DNA from: an uncultured Gemmatimonadales bacterium | GTDB taxonomy: Bacteria > Gemmatimonadota > Gemmatimonadetes > Longimicrobiales > Gaopeijiaceae | Assembly: GCA_963823035.1 (NCBI GenBank) | Contig: CAWGKG010000005.1 | Location: 32,001-96,000, forward strand | Direction of reading: 5' to 3' | DNA: 64,000 nt | Part shown: positions 1 through 8,853 of the stretch, in pieces | How the letters are laid out: the number at the start of each line of letters is the position of its first letter | Position numbering within the stretch: position 1 is the first letter of the stretch | Program-made: the position numbers and the translations under genes | The notes under the pieces: model-generated | What the model was told of the DNA's origin: nothing | Databases searched by the model: none | Seen by the model: only the letters and a program-made list of their open reading frames with translations

Positions 1-231
1 GCCCGCGGACACGAGTTCCTGTGGATTCCTCTGCCCGGCACGCCAGCCCGCAGGGCCCGGGCGGACGGGAAGAAGGAGGATGCGCACGAAATGTGAGTGC
101 GACCGACGTGATCGGGGATCGCCTCGCTGCCCGCGACTTGTCGCCCGTGGGTGGGGTGTCCCAGCTGGGGCGGAGAAGGAATCTGCCGGATCCGTAGTTC
201 GTACCTTCGTCGCGCCACAGCCTTCTCCGCG

Positions 232-260
232 TTGACACGGATACCACGATCCGGGAAAAT
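232..260 (+). promoter_or_regulatory. Candidate sigma70-type promoter for the cytochrome gene
   Basis: TTGACA (232-237), 17-bp spacer, GAAAAT (255-260), ~130 bp upstream of ATG 394. Confidence 0.45.
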
Positions 261-393
261 ACGGGGGGCGTGGACGGACCCGGGGCGCTCCGATCTCAAC
301 CCCCTTTTCAAGCCCCCGGGAACCGTCAGCGGTGCGGCCATGAGGCCCTGTCCGCCGCCCTGTCGAGGGGGGAATTCCGAACGGAGACACGCC

Positions 394-1437
394 ATGAGGA
401 GGCGAGCACCGGTCTTGGCCGGGGCGGCGATGCTGGCATTCGTGTTGGCAGGCTGCGAGGGACCCACTGGACCCATGGGACCCGCGGGAACCGCCGGCCC
501 TGCGGGCCCACAGGGCCCCGCCGGCCCGGCCGGAAACTCGACCTGCCAGGAGTGCCACAACGACGACTCGAGAATCGTCGTAAGAGAGCTCCAGTATCAG
601 TTCTCGGTGCACTACCTCGGCGGCGACTACGACCGGAACGAGGCGCCTTGCGCTGCTTGCCACACGCACCAGGGCTTCATCGAGCGGATCGCGAGCGGCG
701 CCCAGACGGCCGGACCCATCGACGACCCGTCCCCGCAGGGCTGCAGGACCTGCCATCAGATCCACACGACGTTCACGGACAGCGACTTCGCGCTGACGAC
801 CACGGCCCCGGTGAGCCTGTGGTACGCGCCGGGTGAGACGGTGGACTTCGGTGAGGGCAACCTGTGCGCCCAGTGCCATCAGGCGCGTCCGGTGACTCCC
901 CTGCCCACGATCGGCGGCCCCGACGTCACGGTGACGTCCAGCCGCTACGGTGGGCACCACAGCCCGGTGGCAGAAGTGATGGGCGGCGTGGGCCTGTTCG
1001 AGTTCCCGGGCAGTGCCACCATCGACGGCGGGCCGTTCGTGCACGGCGGTCCCAGCGTCGGCTGCGCGAAATGCCACATGGCGACACCGATCAACGGAGC
1101 GCAGGCCGGTGGACACAGCCTGAACATGGCGGCCGATGGGGACGACAACGTCAACGGGTGCAATTCGTCGGGTTGCCACTCCACGGTGGAGGACTTCAAC
1201 AAGTACGGCGTGCAGGCCGACGTCCAGGGCAAGCTGGATCAGCTCGCCACGCTGCTGCGGGCCAAGGGCATCATGGCCGCCGCGCCCAGCGTATCGAGCG
1301 TGGCCGGCACGTGGCCGGCCAACGTGGCCGCCGCGTTCCTCAACTGGCAGATGATCACCGAGGACAAGAGCCTCGGGATCCACAATCCGCCCTACGTGCT
1401 GGACGTGCTGCAGAACACGATCCAGGCGATGCAGTGA
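394..1437 (+). CDS. Lipoprotein multiheme cytochrome c with collagen-like linker
   Basis: ATG 394 after GGAG; signal peptide ending LAGC lipobox; Gly-X-Y run GPTGPMGPAGTAGPAGPQGPAGPAG; CQECH, CAACH, CRTCH, CAQCH, CAKCH plus atypical CNSSGCH. Confidence 0.9.
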   Translation: MRRRAPVLAGAAMLAFVLAGCEGPTGPMGPAGTAGPAGPQGPAGPAGNSTCQECHNDDSRIVVRELQYQFSVHYLGGDYDRNEAPCAACHTHQGFIERIASGAQTAGPIDDPSPQGCRTCHQIHTTFTDSDFALTTTAPVSLWYAPGETVDFGEGNLCAQCHQARPVTPLPTIGGPDVTVTSSRYGGHHSPVAEVMGGVGLFEFPGSATIDGGPFVHGGPSVGCAKCHMATPINGAQAGGHSLNMAADGDDNVNGCNSSGCHSTVEDFNKYGVQADVQGKLDQLATLLRAKGIMAAAPSVSSVAGTWPANVAAAFLNWQMITEDKSLGIHNPPYVLDVLQNTIQAMQ

Positions 1438-1495
1438 CGCCCTAGACGGCACCGCGTCGAGGCCGTCGGCACTCGGTCAACGCTCGAAGCGTCGG

Positions 1496-1535
1496 AGCAC
1501 CGGCGCCGGGAAGGTCCGGCGCCGGTGCTTTCGTT
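1496..1535 (+). terminator. Probable intrinsic terminator
   Basis: 14-bp perfect stem AGCACCGGCGCCGG / CCGGCGCCGGTGCT, 6-nt loop, followed by TTCGTT, downstream of the cytochrome stop. Confidence 0.7.
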
Positions 1536-1637
1536 GGGTGTGGAGCAGGTCCCCACGAGGCGGGTGGCCGTGGCCGCGAACGAAGTCTATCCTTGCCTCG
1601 TTGGGCGGCGAGCGAGGTGCCAACCGGGAGAGGTGCG

Positions 1638-3884
1638 ATGAGTTGGAAAACGGCGCTCGGTCTGTGGATCGCAGCGGCCCTCGCTCCGACCCCGCTCGCC
1701 GCGCAGGAGGCCCGTGCGGGCGCCCTCACCTTCGAGTCCTCCAGCACCGACACGGGCGTCGTGGGTTGGAACCGCACGGCCGGAATCTCCCTCGACTCCA
1801 CGACCGTGCACGGCGGGCGCTACGCGGGGCGCATGCACCTCGAGAGCGACGCGCCGGAGTCGGTGGCGATCCTCTCGATGTCCCTTCCGCGCACCTTCGC
1901 CGGCGATACGATCGAGCTGCGCGGTTGGCTGAAGACCGAGGACGTGCGCGGCTTCGCGGGGCTGTGGCTGCGCGAGGACGGCAAGAGCGGTCCGGTGCAG
2001 TTCGACAACATGCAGAGCCGCAAGCTCTCGGGGACGACCGACTGGACGATGTACCGCATCCGGCTGCCCGTCGACGAGCGCGGCCGGACCGTCTTCCTGG
2101 GCGCGCTCCTCGCGGGCGGGGGCACCGTCTGGGTGGACGACATGGAGCTGCTCGTCGACGACGTCCTGCCGGAGGAGGCACCGCCCTACCTGCCGCCCCC
2201 CGACGCCGTGACGTCGGACACGGAGTTCGACGGGGGCTCCGGGATCGCGAAGATCTCCCCGTCGCCGGCGCAGGTCGAGAACCTGCAACTCCTGGGGAAG
2301 GTGTGGGGTTTCGTGAAGTACCATCACCCACGCGTCACCGGCGGCGAGGTGAACTGGGACTACGAGCTCTTCCGCGTCATGCCGGCCGTGCTGGCGGCCC
2401 CGGACCGCCCCGCGGCCGAGCAGGTGCTGATGGACTGGCTGACGAAGCTGGGCGACCCGGGCCGCTGCTCCCCCTGTGCGCGAGCGCCCGACAAGCCGTA
2501 TCTCGCTCCGGACAACGGTTGGATCCGTGACCCGGGCGTGGTCGGCTCCGCGCTGGGTGACCTGCTCGTGCGCATCCACGACGCGCGACCGGCTTCGGGG
2601 GAGCAGTACTACGTAGGGCTCACGGACGTCGGAAACCCCGACTTCGGCGACGAGGCCGCCTACGCCGAGCCGGCCGCGCCGGACGCGGGCTACCGCATGC
2701 TCGCCCTCTACCGCTTCTGGAACATCATCGCCTACTGGTTCCCCTACCGCGATCTCCTGGACGACGATTGGGACGACGTGTTGGCGGAGTTCATCCCGCG
2801 CTTGATGGCCGCCGAGACCCCCGCCGCGTATCGCCTGGTGACGCTCGAGCTGATTGCGCGCGTCCACGACACGCACGCGAACTTGTGGAGCGATCTGGTC
2901 GTCCGCCCCCCCTGGGGACCGGCGCAGCTTCCTGTCGTGACCCGCTTCGTGGAGGGAAGGGCCGTGGTCACGGGCTACACCCACGCCGAGCTGGGGCCCG
3001 CGACCGGATTGCGGGTGGGCGACGTGATCGAGGCCCTGGACGGCGTCCCGGTGGACTCCCTCCTGAAGGCGTGGCGACCCTACTACGCGGACTCCAACGA
3101 GGCCGCGCGTCTACGCGACCAGGGTCGAGTGCTGACGAAGGGCGCGCAGGGACCGGTCCGGGTGCGCGGCCAGCGGGCGAGCGGCCCCTTCGACCTGACC
3201 GCCCGTCGCGTCCCCCTCGCGGACCTGGATCTCAGGGCGGGGCAGACCCACGACCTTCCGGGCGACGCCTTCCGCAGGCTCACGGACGAGGTGGCGTACC
3301 TGAAGCTGTCGGCCGTGAAGAGCGCCGACACCGACGACTACGTGCGCCGCGCGGCCGGGGCGAAGGTGCTGGTGATCGACATCCGCAACTACCCCTCGGA
3401 ATTCGTGGTCTTCTCGCTCGGTGGCCACCTGGTTTCCGCGCCCACGGAGTTCGTCCGCTTCACCCACGGAGATCCGGCGAACCCGGGCGCCTTCACGTGG
3501 ACGCTTCCGATCGCGATCCAGCCGATGGCGCCGCGCTTCGAGGGGAACGTCGTCATCCTGGTCGACGAGGTTTCCCAGAGCCAGGCAGAGTACACGACCA
3601 TGGCGCTGCGCTCGGCCCCCGGTGCGCTGGTCGTGGGGAGCACCACGGCCGGGGCCGACGGGAACGTCTCCGCGATCACCCTGCCGGGGGGGCTGCGCAC
3701 GATGATCAGCGGGATCGGCGTCTTCTACCCGGACGGGACCCCCACGCAGCGCGTCGGCATCCTTCCGGACGTGGAGGTTCGTCCGACCCTCGCGGGCATT
3801 CGGGCGGGGCGCGACGAGGTCCTCGAAGAAGGGGTGAGCCGCGCACTGGGCAAGGCGTTCACGCTTGGCCGGGATCCCTCGTGA
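1638..3884 (+). CDS. Secreted S41-family peptidase (PDZ-containing) with N-terminal beta-sandwich domain
   Basis: Signal peptide; KVWGFVKYHHP; PDZ-like GLRVGDVIEALDG; catalytic region DIRNYP...SQSQAEYTTM...GSTTAGADGN...GILPDVEV. Confidence 0.85.
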   Translation: MSWKTALGLWIAAALAPTPLAAQEARAGALTFESSSTDTGVVGWNRTAGISLDSTTVHGGRYAGRMHLESDAPESVAILSMSLPRTFAGDTIELRGWLKTEDVRGFAGLWLREDGKSGPVQFDNMQSRKLSGTTDWTMYRIRLPVDERGRTVFLGALLAGGGTVWVDDMELLVDDVLPEEAPPYLPPPDAVTSDTEFDGGSGIAKISPSPAQVENLQLLGKVWGFVKYHHPRVTGGEVNWDYELFRVMPAVLAAPDRPAAEQVLMDWLTKLGDPGRCSPCARAPDKPYLAPDNGWIRDPGVVGSALGDLLVRIHDARPASGEQYYVGLTDVGNPDFGDEAAYAEPAAPDAGYRMLALYRFWNIIAYWFPYRDLLDDDWDDVLAEFIPRLMAAETPAAYRLVTLELIARVHDTHANLWSDLVVRPPWGPAQLPVVTRFVEGRAVVTGYTHAELGPATGLRVGDVIEALDGVPVDSLLKAWRPYYADSNEAARLRDQGRVLTKGAQGPVRVRGQRASGPFDLTARRVPLADLDLRAGQTHDLPGDAFRRLTDEVAYLKLSAVKSADTDDYVRRAAGAKVLVIDIRNYPSEFVVFSLGGHLVSAPTEFVRFTHGDPANPGAFTWTLPIAIQPMAPRFEGNVVILVDEVSQSQAEYTTMALRSAPGALVVGSTTAGADGNVSAITLPGGLRTMISGIGVFYPDGTPTQRVGILPDVEVRPTLAGIRAGRDEVLEEGVSRALGKAFTLGRDPS

Positions 3885-5593
3885 ACACGCTGACCCGGAG
3901 CGCCCGGCGCGGGCGGTCGACCCTCCTCCTCCTCCTGATGTCCGCCGTCGTCGCCCCGATCGGCGCAACCGGCCAGGTCGTCCACGGCAGTCTCCGCGAC
4001 GCAGCCTCCCGCGCGCCGGTGGAGGGCGCCCTCGTCCTCCTCCTCGACGTCTCGGGGAGGCGGGTGGGAGGCACCCTCACCGACCAGGGCGGATCGTTCG
4101 GATTCGTCGCGCCGCATGCCGGGCGGTTCACGGTGCAGGCCGAGCGGATCGGCTTCGCGACGGTGACCTCGGAGCCGTTCGCCCTCGCCCCCGACGAGGC
4201 CCACACGATGGAGCTCCTGATGGCGGCGATGCCGGTGTCGCTCGAGGGGCTCGAGGTGGAGGGGCGGAGGCGCTGCGTCGTCCGCCCGGAGGAGGGAGCG
4301 ACGCTGTCCCGCGTCTGGGGGGAGGCGCAGAAGGCGCTACGGAACCAGGAGTGGACGGACGGCACCGGGCTGGCGCGCTTCCGGCTGCGCCGGTACGAGC
4401 GCGAATACGACGCCGCCAGGCGCATCGTGATGTCCGAGCGCGTGGTCTTCCGGGGGTGGACGCACGGGAATCCGATCCGGAGCCTCCCGGCCGAAGACCT
4501 GCTCGCGCACGGGTTCGTCCGGCGGGCCGACGACGGCGGCTACGAGTACTACGGACCGGACGCGTCGGTGCTGCTGTCCGACGCGTTCCTCGATACGCAC
4601 TGCTTCGAGCTCTCGGTGGACGAGCACGATCCCGAGGTCATCGGTCTGGCCTTTGAGCCGATCCGTGGGCGGGGGGTCCCGGACATCTCGGGAACGCTCT
4701 GGCTGGGCCGAGCGGACGCCCGCCTGCGATTCCTCGACTTCATCTACACGTCCCCGCCTTGGCCGGAGGCCGCGAAGGTCGCGTCGGGGCGGATCGAGTT
4801 CGCCGAGTTGCCCGGCGGGCAGTGGGTCGTCCGCAACTGGTGGATCCGGATGCCACGCATGGAGCGGGACATCAACATGATGGTGGGCGGCTCGTCCGGT
4901 TTGCGCGTCGCGGGAATCCTCGAGGTCGGAGGGGCAGCCACCCAGGTCGGTATGCCCGGCGTGCGCTCCGCGGCCCCCCAAGGCGCGGGCGGGGTCGAGG
5001 GCACGGTCTGGGACAGCACGCGTGGACAGCCCCTCGTGGGTGCCGAGGTACGGTCGGAGGACGAGACGCTTCAGGCCGTGACCGACGACTGGGGCCAGTT
5101 CATCCTGAGGGCGATCCCGGACGGGGACTACGCACTCGTCTTCCGCCACCCGCGCCTCGACTCCCTGCCGATGGCGCCCACCCCCGTGTCCGTGACGGTC
5201 GTCGGTGGAGGCACCACCCAGGTGCGTCTGGCGATTCCCTCCCTGGCCTCGATGATCTCCACCGCCTGCGGGGAAGGGGAGCCGCCGAAGGGCTCGTCCG
5301 TCGTGGTGGGCACCGTCACCGATGCCGCGGACCGGGAGCCCGTCGTCGGGGCCACCGTGACCCTGGAGTGGACCGACTACGCGGTGGTCTCGCGGAGCGA
5401 GGTGAAGAGCGACACGCATGGGTTGCGCGTCACGACCGACGGGCGCGGCCGGTACACGGGCTGCGGCATTCCGCCCGGCGTCCTGCTGTCGGTGCGCGCA
5501 TCCATGGGTGACGTGGTCGGCGCGGTCGTCGAGAGGGCCGTACCGCGCGGGTGGATCGTGAAGCTCGACCTGAGCATCGCGTCCGGGCGGTAG
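3881..5593 (+). CDS. Secreted protein with repeated carboxypeptidase regulatory-like domains
   Basis: GTG overlaps upstream TGA; signal peptide; three GxVxD...PxxGAxV...TDxxGxF-type repeats. Confidence 0.75.
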   Translation: MNTLTRSARRGRSTLLLLLMSAVVAPIGATGQVVHGSLRDAASRAPVEGALVLLLDVSGRRVGGTLTDQGGSFGFVAPHAGRFTVQAERIGFATVTSEPFALAPDEAHTMELLMAAMPVSLEGLEVEGRRRCVVRPEEGATLSRVWGEAQKALRNQEWTDGTGLARFRLRRYEREYDAARRIVMSERVVFRGWTHGNPIRSLPAEDLLAHGFVRRADDGGYEYYGPDASVLLSDAFLDTHCFELSVDEHDPEVIGLAFEPIRGRGVPDISGTLWLGRADARLRFLDFIYTSPPWPEAAKVASGRIEFAELPGGQWVVRNWWIRMPRMERDINMMVGGSSGLRVAGILEVGGAATQVGMPGVRSAAPQGAGGVEGTVWDSTRGQPLVGAEVRSEDETLQAVTDDWGQFILRAIPDGDYALVFRHPRLDSLPMAPTPVSVTVVGGGTTQVRLAIPSLASMISTACGEGEPPKGSSVVVGTVTDAADREPVVGATVTLEWTDYAVVSRSEVKSDTHGLRVTTDGRGRYTGCGIPPGVLLSVRASMGDVVGAVVERAVPRGWIVKLDLSIASGR

Positions 5594-5621
5594 GAGTCGC
5601 GGCCGCGGACGCGCAGCGGAC

Positions 5622-5657
5622 GCGCCTCGATGCGCCTCGATGATGCGCCTCGATGAT
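5622..5657. repeat. Short tandem repeat GCGCCTCGAT x3
   Basis: Copies at 5622, 5632 and 5645 (with GAT insert), intergenic. Confidence 0.6.
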
Positions 5658-5862
5658 TCTTGCGTGACCCACCGGCCGGCCCTAGGCTGTGCCTACCCCC
5701 CCTGGGCACGAGTATCCAATGCCTGCCCTCGCACGGATGCTCGCCCCGCGTTCGGCTCTCCACGAGCCGACGGGCGGCGCGCCGTGCAAAGTCGCTTTCC
5801 CCGGGTTCCGCGCCAGGCGGCGGGGACGCAGGGCCGGCCAAGCCTGGGTCGGGAGGGGTGCC

Positions 5863-6807
5863 ATGATCGGTCGCTCGCCAGCATTCCAAAGCGCATTGGC
5901 CCGGCTCGACCGGATCGCCGCCTGCGACGCCGGCGTCCTGCTCGAGGGCGAGACCGGAACGGGCAAGGAGCTCGTCGCGCGCGAGATCCATTACCGCAGC
6001 GAGCGCCGGGAACGTCCGTTCATTCCCGTGAACTGTGGCGCCCTCCCCGATGCCCTTCTGGAGAACGAGCTGTTCGGGCACGCTCGGGGCGCGTACACCG
6101 ATGCGCGCACGGAGCAGCCGGGGATGGTCGAGCTGGCCGACCAGGGCACCCTCTTCCTGGACGAGGTGGACGCGCTCACACCGAAGGCCCAGGTGACCCT
6201 GCTGCGCTTCCTCCAGGACCAGCGCTATCGTCCGCTCGGCAGCCGGGTGGAGCGAAGCGCGGACGTCCGCATCGTCGCCGCGAGCAACCGCGGACTGGAG
6301 GGGCTCGCCGGCTCCCAGCGCTTCCGACTCGACCTCCTGTACCGGCTGCGCCTGCTGTACGTCCACCTTCCACCGCTCCGTGAGCGGCCGGGGGACGCGG
6401 CGCTCCTCGCCGAGCACTTCGTGGAACTCGCGAGCCGCCGCTTCGGCGGCCCGGTCCGGCCGATCGACGCCGACACACTGGCGTGGCTGGACCAGTACGC
6501 GTGGCCCGGGAACGTCCGCGAGCTCGAGAACCTCGTGTACCAGGCCTTCCTGGTGGACGACGGGCCGCACCTCGCGATCCCGCGCCCCACGGGGCTGGCG
6601 GAGGCCGGCGGCGACGGGCCGCCTCCGCTCAACTATCGGGCCGCCAAGGCGCGCGCCATCGCCAACTTCGAGCGCAGCTTCCTGACCCGTGCGCTGCAGC
6701 GCGCGAAGGGGAACGTGTCTGCGGCGGCACGCCTGATCGGGACGGAACGCCGTCATCTCGGGCGGCTCCTGAAGAAGCACGGCATCGAGGCCGCGCCGAG
6801 AGCCTGA
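5863..6807 (+). CDS. Sigma54-dependent activator (bEBP; AAA+ and Fis HTH) with no N-terminal sensor domain
   Basis: ATG 5863 after GGAGG; GETGTGKE Walker A, ELFGHARGAYTDA, TLFLDEV Walker B, FRLDLLYRL, WPGNVREL, C-terminal GNVSAAARLIG. Confidence 0.9.
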   Translation: MIGRSPAFQSALARLDRIAACDAGVLLEGETGTGKELVAREIHYRSERRERPFIPVNCGALPDALLENELFGHARGAYTDARTEQPGMVELADQGTLFLDEVDALTPKAQVTLLRFLQDQRYRPLGSRVERSADVRIVAASNRGLEGLAGSQRFRLDLLYRLRLLYVHLPPLRERPGDAALLAEHFVELASRRFGGPVRPIDADTLAWLDQYAWPGNVRELENLVYQAFLVDDGPHLAIPRPTGLAEAGGDGPPPLNYRAAKARAIANFERSFLTRALQRAKGNVSAAARLIGTERRHLGRLLKKHGIEAAPRA

Positions 6808-6886
6808 CGGCTCGGTCCACGCCCGCTCCTTCGTGGCGCGCGGCTTCAACACCCTCCGCAGCCCCTGACCGACCGTCGCGACCGCA

Positions 6887-7003
6887 CCGGGTCCGCGCGG
6901 ACCCGGGGGCGGGTCCTCAGACCCCCAGGCGCGTTCCGGGCCGAACCGCGCCCTCGCGAGGCGTCCGCACCCGTCGGGGGGTGGGTGCGGGACGACCCAC
7001 CCC
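6887..7003. promoter_or_regulatory. Cluster of GGGT-Nx-ACCC palindromes, candidate upstream activator sites
   Basis: Perfect 20-bp palindrome CCGGGTCCGCGCGGACCCGG (6887-6906); GGGT-N6-ACCC (6911-6924); GGGGTGGGT-N8-ACCCACCCC (6978-7003). Confidence 0.5.
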
Positions 7004-7060
7004 GAACAGGCCACACCTCGATCTCCTTTGTGGGACAACGGTTCTCGGCGCTCGTTGTGC

Positions 7061-7075
7061 TGGCACGTTCCGTGC
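7061..7075 (+). promoter_or_regulatory. Sigma54 (-24/-12) promoter of the eCIS operon
   Basis: TGGCACGTTCCGTGC has GG-N10-GC spacing, one mismatch to TGGCAC-N5-TTGC; lies between the bEBP gene and the first operon gene. Confidence 0.75.
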
Positions 7076-7123
7076 GCCAAGCACCTCGGCAACTTCGACG
7101 AACGATGATCCGGGAAGCACGGG

Positions 7124-7381
7124 GTGAGCGATGCCACGCGGGAGCGAAGAGGGGCGATTCGTGACGCGATCCTGGCCTACCTGCGCCATCACCCCAGGGC
7201 TTCGGATTCCGTGACCGGCATCTGCTCATGGTGGCTACCGGAGGAAGGCGTGGAGGAGGAGCAGACGGTGGTCGAGGGGGTCCTGGAGGAGCTGGCCGTC
7301 GCGAGGTTGATCCGACGCTTCGAGCTTCCGGAGGGCACGGTGATCTTCGCGAGCGTCGAGCCCGACCGGCGCGGCGCCTGA
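7124..7381 (+). CDS. Small 85-aa protein, possible winged-helix fold
   Basis: GTG start; AILAYLRHHPRASDSVTGICSWWL...VEGVLEELAVARLIRR pattern; first gene after the sigma54 promoter. Confidence 0.65.
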   Translation: MSDATRERRGAIRDAILAYLRHHPRASDSVTGICSWWLPEEGVEEEQTVVEGVLEELAVARLIRRFELPEGTVIFASVEPDRRGA

Positions 7382-7408
7382 CCTGCGGAGAGGGTGGCGA
7401 ACTGAGCG

Positions 7409-8000
7409 ATGGCCAACGTCTGGGCGATCCACTCGGTGGGGAACTCCATCGTGACGTTCCTGCGCAACACCTATCCGACGCAGATCGGGGGCGTGGACCT
7501 GCCCGCGTGCACCTTCGAGCTGGTCTCCAGCGGGCAGCTCACCGGCGAGATCGCCGAGACGACGCGCGTCACGCTCTACCTCTACCGCATCACCGTCGAC
7601 GAGCACACGCGTCAGACCCGTCGCGCCGGCGCCTCCAGAGCCACGCCCGTTCCGCTGAGCCTGGACCTCCACTACCTCCTCACGGCGTGGGCGGCCAATC
7701 CGCTGGACGAGCAGGTCACGATGGCCTGGGCCATGCGCCAGCTGCACCAGGTGCCCGTGCTCGACCTGGCGATCCTGTCGCCGGAGGGAGGCTGGGGCCG
7801 CGACGAGAACCTCCATGTGCTGCCCGCCGAGCTGACCACCGAAGACGTCATGCGCATCTGGGACGCCCTGGAGCCGTCCTATCGCCTGTCGACCTCCTAC
7901 GTGGCCCGCGTGGTGCGGCTGGACCCGGACACCGACGACGAGACCTTCCGCGTCCGTGGTGGCTCGCCGGCTCGCCCTCGGCGAGGAGGAGCGAGGATGA
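7409..8000 (+). CDS. DUF4255 / Afp16-Pvc16-like tail terminator (cap); apparent frameshift ~7950
   Basis: VTLYLYRI...LSLDLHYLLTAW...IWDALEPSYRLSTSYVARVV; the alternate frame gives SVVARRLALGEEERG* whose TGA (7998-8000) overlaps the next ATG. Confidence 0.8.
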
Positions 8001-8806
8001 CGCGATCGCTCCGCGAGCTCGAACGGGTCGAGTCCCGGGCGCTCGCCGCCCTGCGCTTCGTCGACGCGTCCACCGGCACGCCCATCACGACCGCCCTGAC
8101 GCTGCGCGCGCCCGCCGGCGGCGTCGAGTGGCTACGCAGCGTGAGCGGGCTCCGCGTGGTCGCGAGTTGGACCGAGCTGGCCGCGCACGCCTCCTCCTTC
8201 GCGGAGCCTCCGGCCTCCCCGGCCGTCGGCTCGCGCGTTCTGCGGCTGACGGTCGACGATCCGACGGGCCTTCATCTCCCGCGCGCCGTGGCGCTCCCCC
8301 TCCCACGCGACCCCGACCCCGCGCACGTGGACCAGGCGGACTCGCTGTTCCGGGCGGTGGAGGTAGCGATGTATCCCACCGCCCGCACCTCGACGGGCGC
8401 GAACTGGTCGGTCGTGCGCGTGAGCCTGCGGGAGGGCGGGGGCGACGCCCTGGGAGGTGCCCTCCTGCGTGTGCGCCGTAACGGCGACGTGCTGGGTCGT
8501 GGGCTCACCGACGGCCGTGGGGAGGCCCTGGTGGCGCTACCGGGCGTGCCGATGGTGACGTTCGGTGAGGACGACGAGGCCGTGGTCGTCACCGAGATCG
8601 CCGTGACCCTCCAGGCCGTCTTCGACCCCTCCGCCGGGACCCGCATGTCCGCCGAGGACGTGGCCGCCGGGCGGCCGGCACCCGTACCCGTCGTCGACCC
8701 CGACGCCCTGGAGGCCGACGTCGACACGCTCCCGAACGCTTCGGCGCCGCTCACGATCGCGGCGCGTCGGAGCCAGACCCTCGCCATGACGCTCGATCTG
8801 CCATGA
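7997..8806 (+). CDS. eCIS-associated hypothetical protein (carboxypeptidase-regulatory-like beta-sandwich)
   Basis: ATG 7997 with purine-rich RBS; GGALLRVRRNGDVLGRGLTDGRGEAL motif; merged with the upstream ORF in the track, probably through an indel. Confidence 0.65.
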   Translation: MTRSLRELERVESRALAALRFVDASTGTPITTALTLRAPAGGVEWLRSVSGLRVVASWTELAAHASSFAEPPASPAVGSRVLRLTVDDPTGLHLPRAVALPLPRDPDPAHVDQADSLFRAVEVAMYPTARTSTGANWSVVRVSLREGGGDALGGALLRVRRNGDVLGRGLTDGRGEALVALPGVPMVTFGEDDEAVVVTEIAVTLQAVFDPSAGTRMSAEDVAAGRPAPVPVVDPDALEADVDTLPNASAPLTIAARRSQTLAMTLDLP

Positions 8807-8853
8807 CGCCGACCGAGGTTGCCCCGTGACCGCACGCTGAGAGGAGACGATCC

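Noticed and set aside
92..110. CRP/FNR-type site upstream of the cytochrome (TGTGA half-site)
   Set aside because: No matching TCACA half-site at the required spacing
5703..5722. Sigma54 promoter upstream of the activator (GGGCACG...TGC)
   Set aside because: Spacing between GG and GC is not 10 nt
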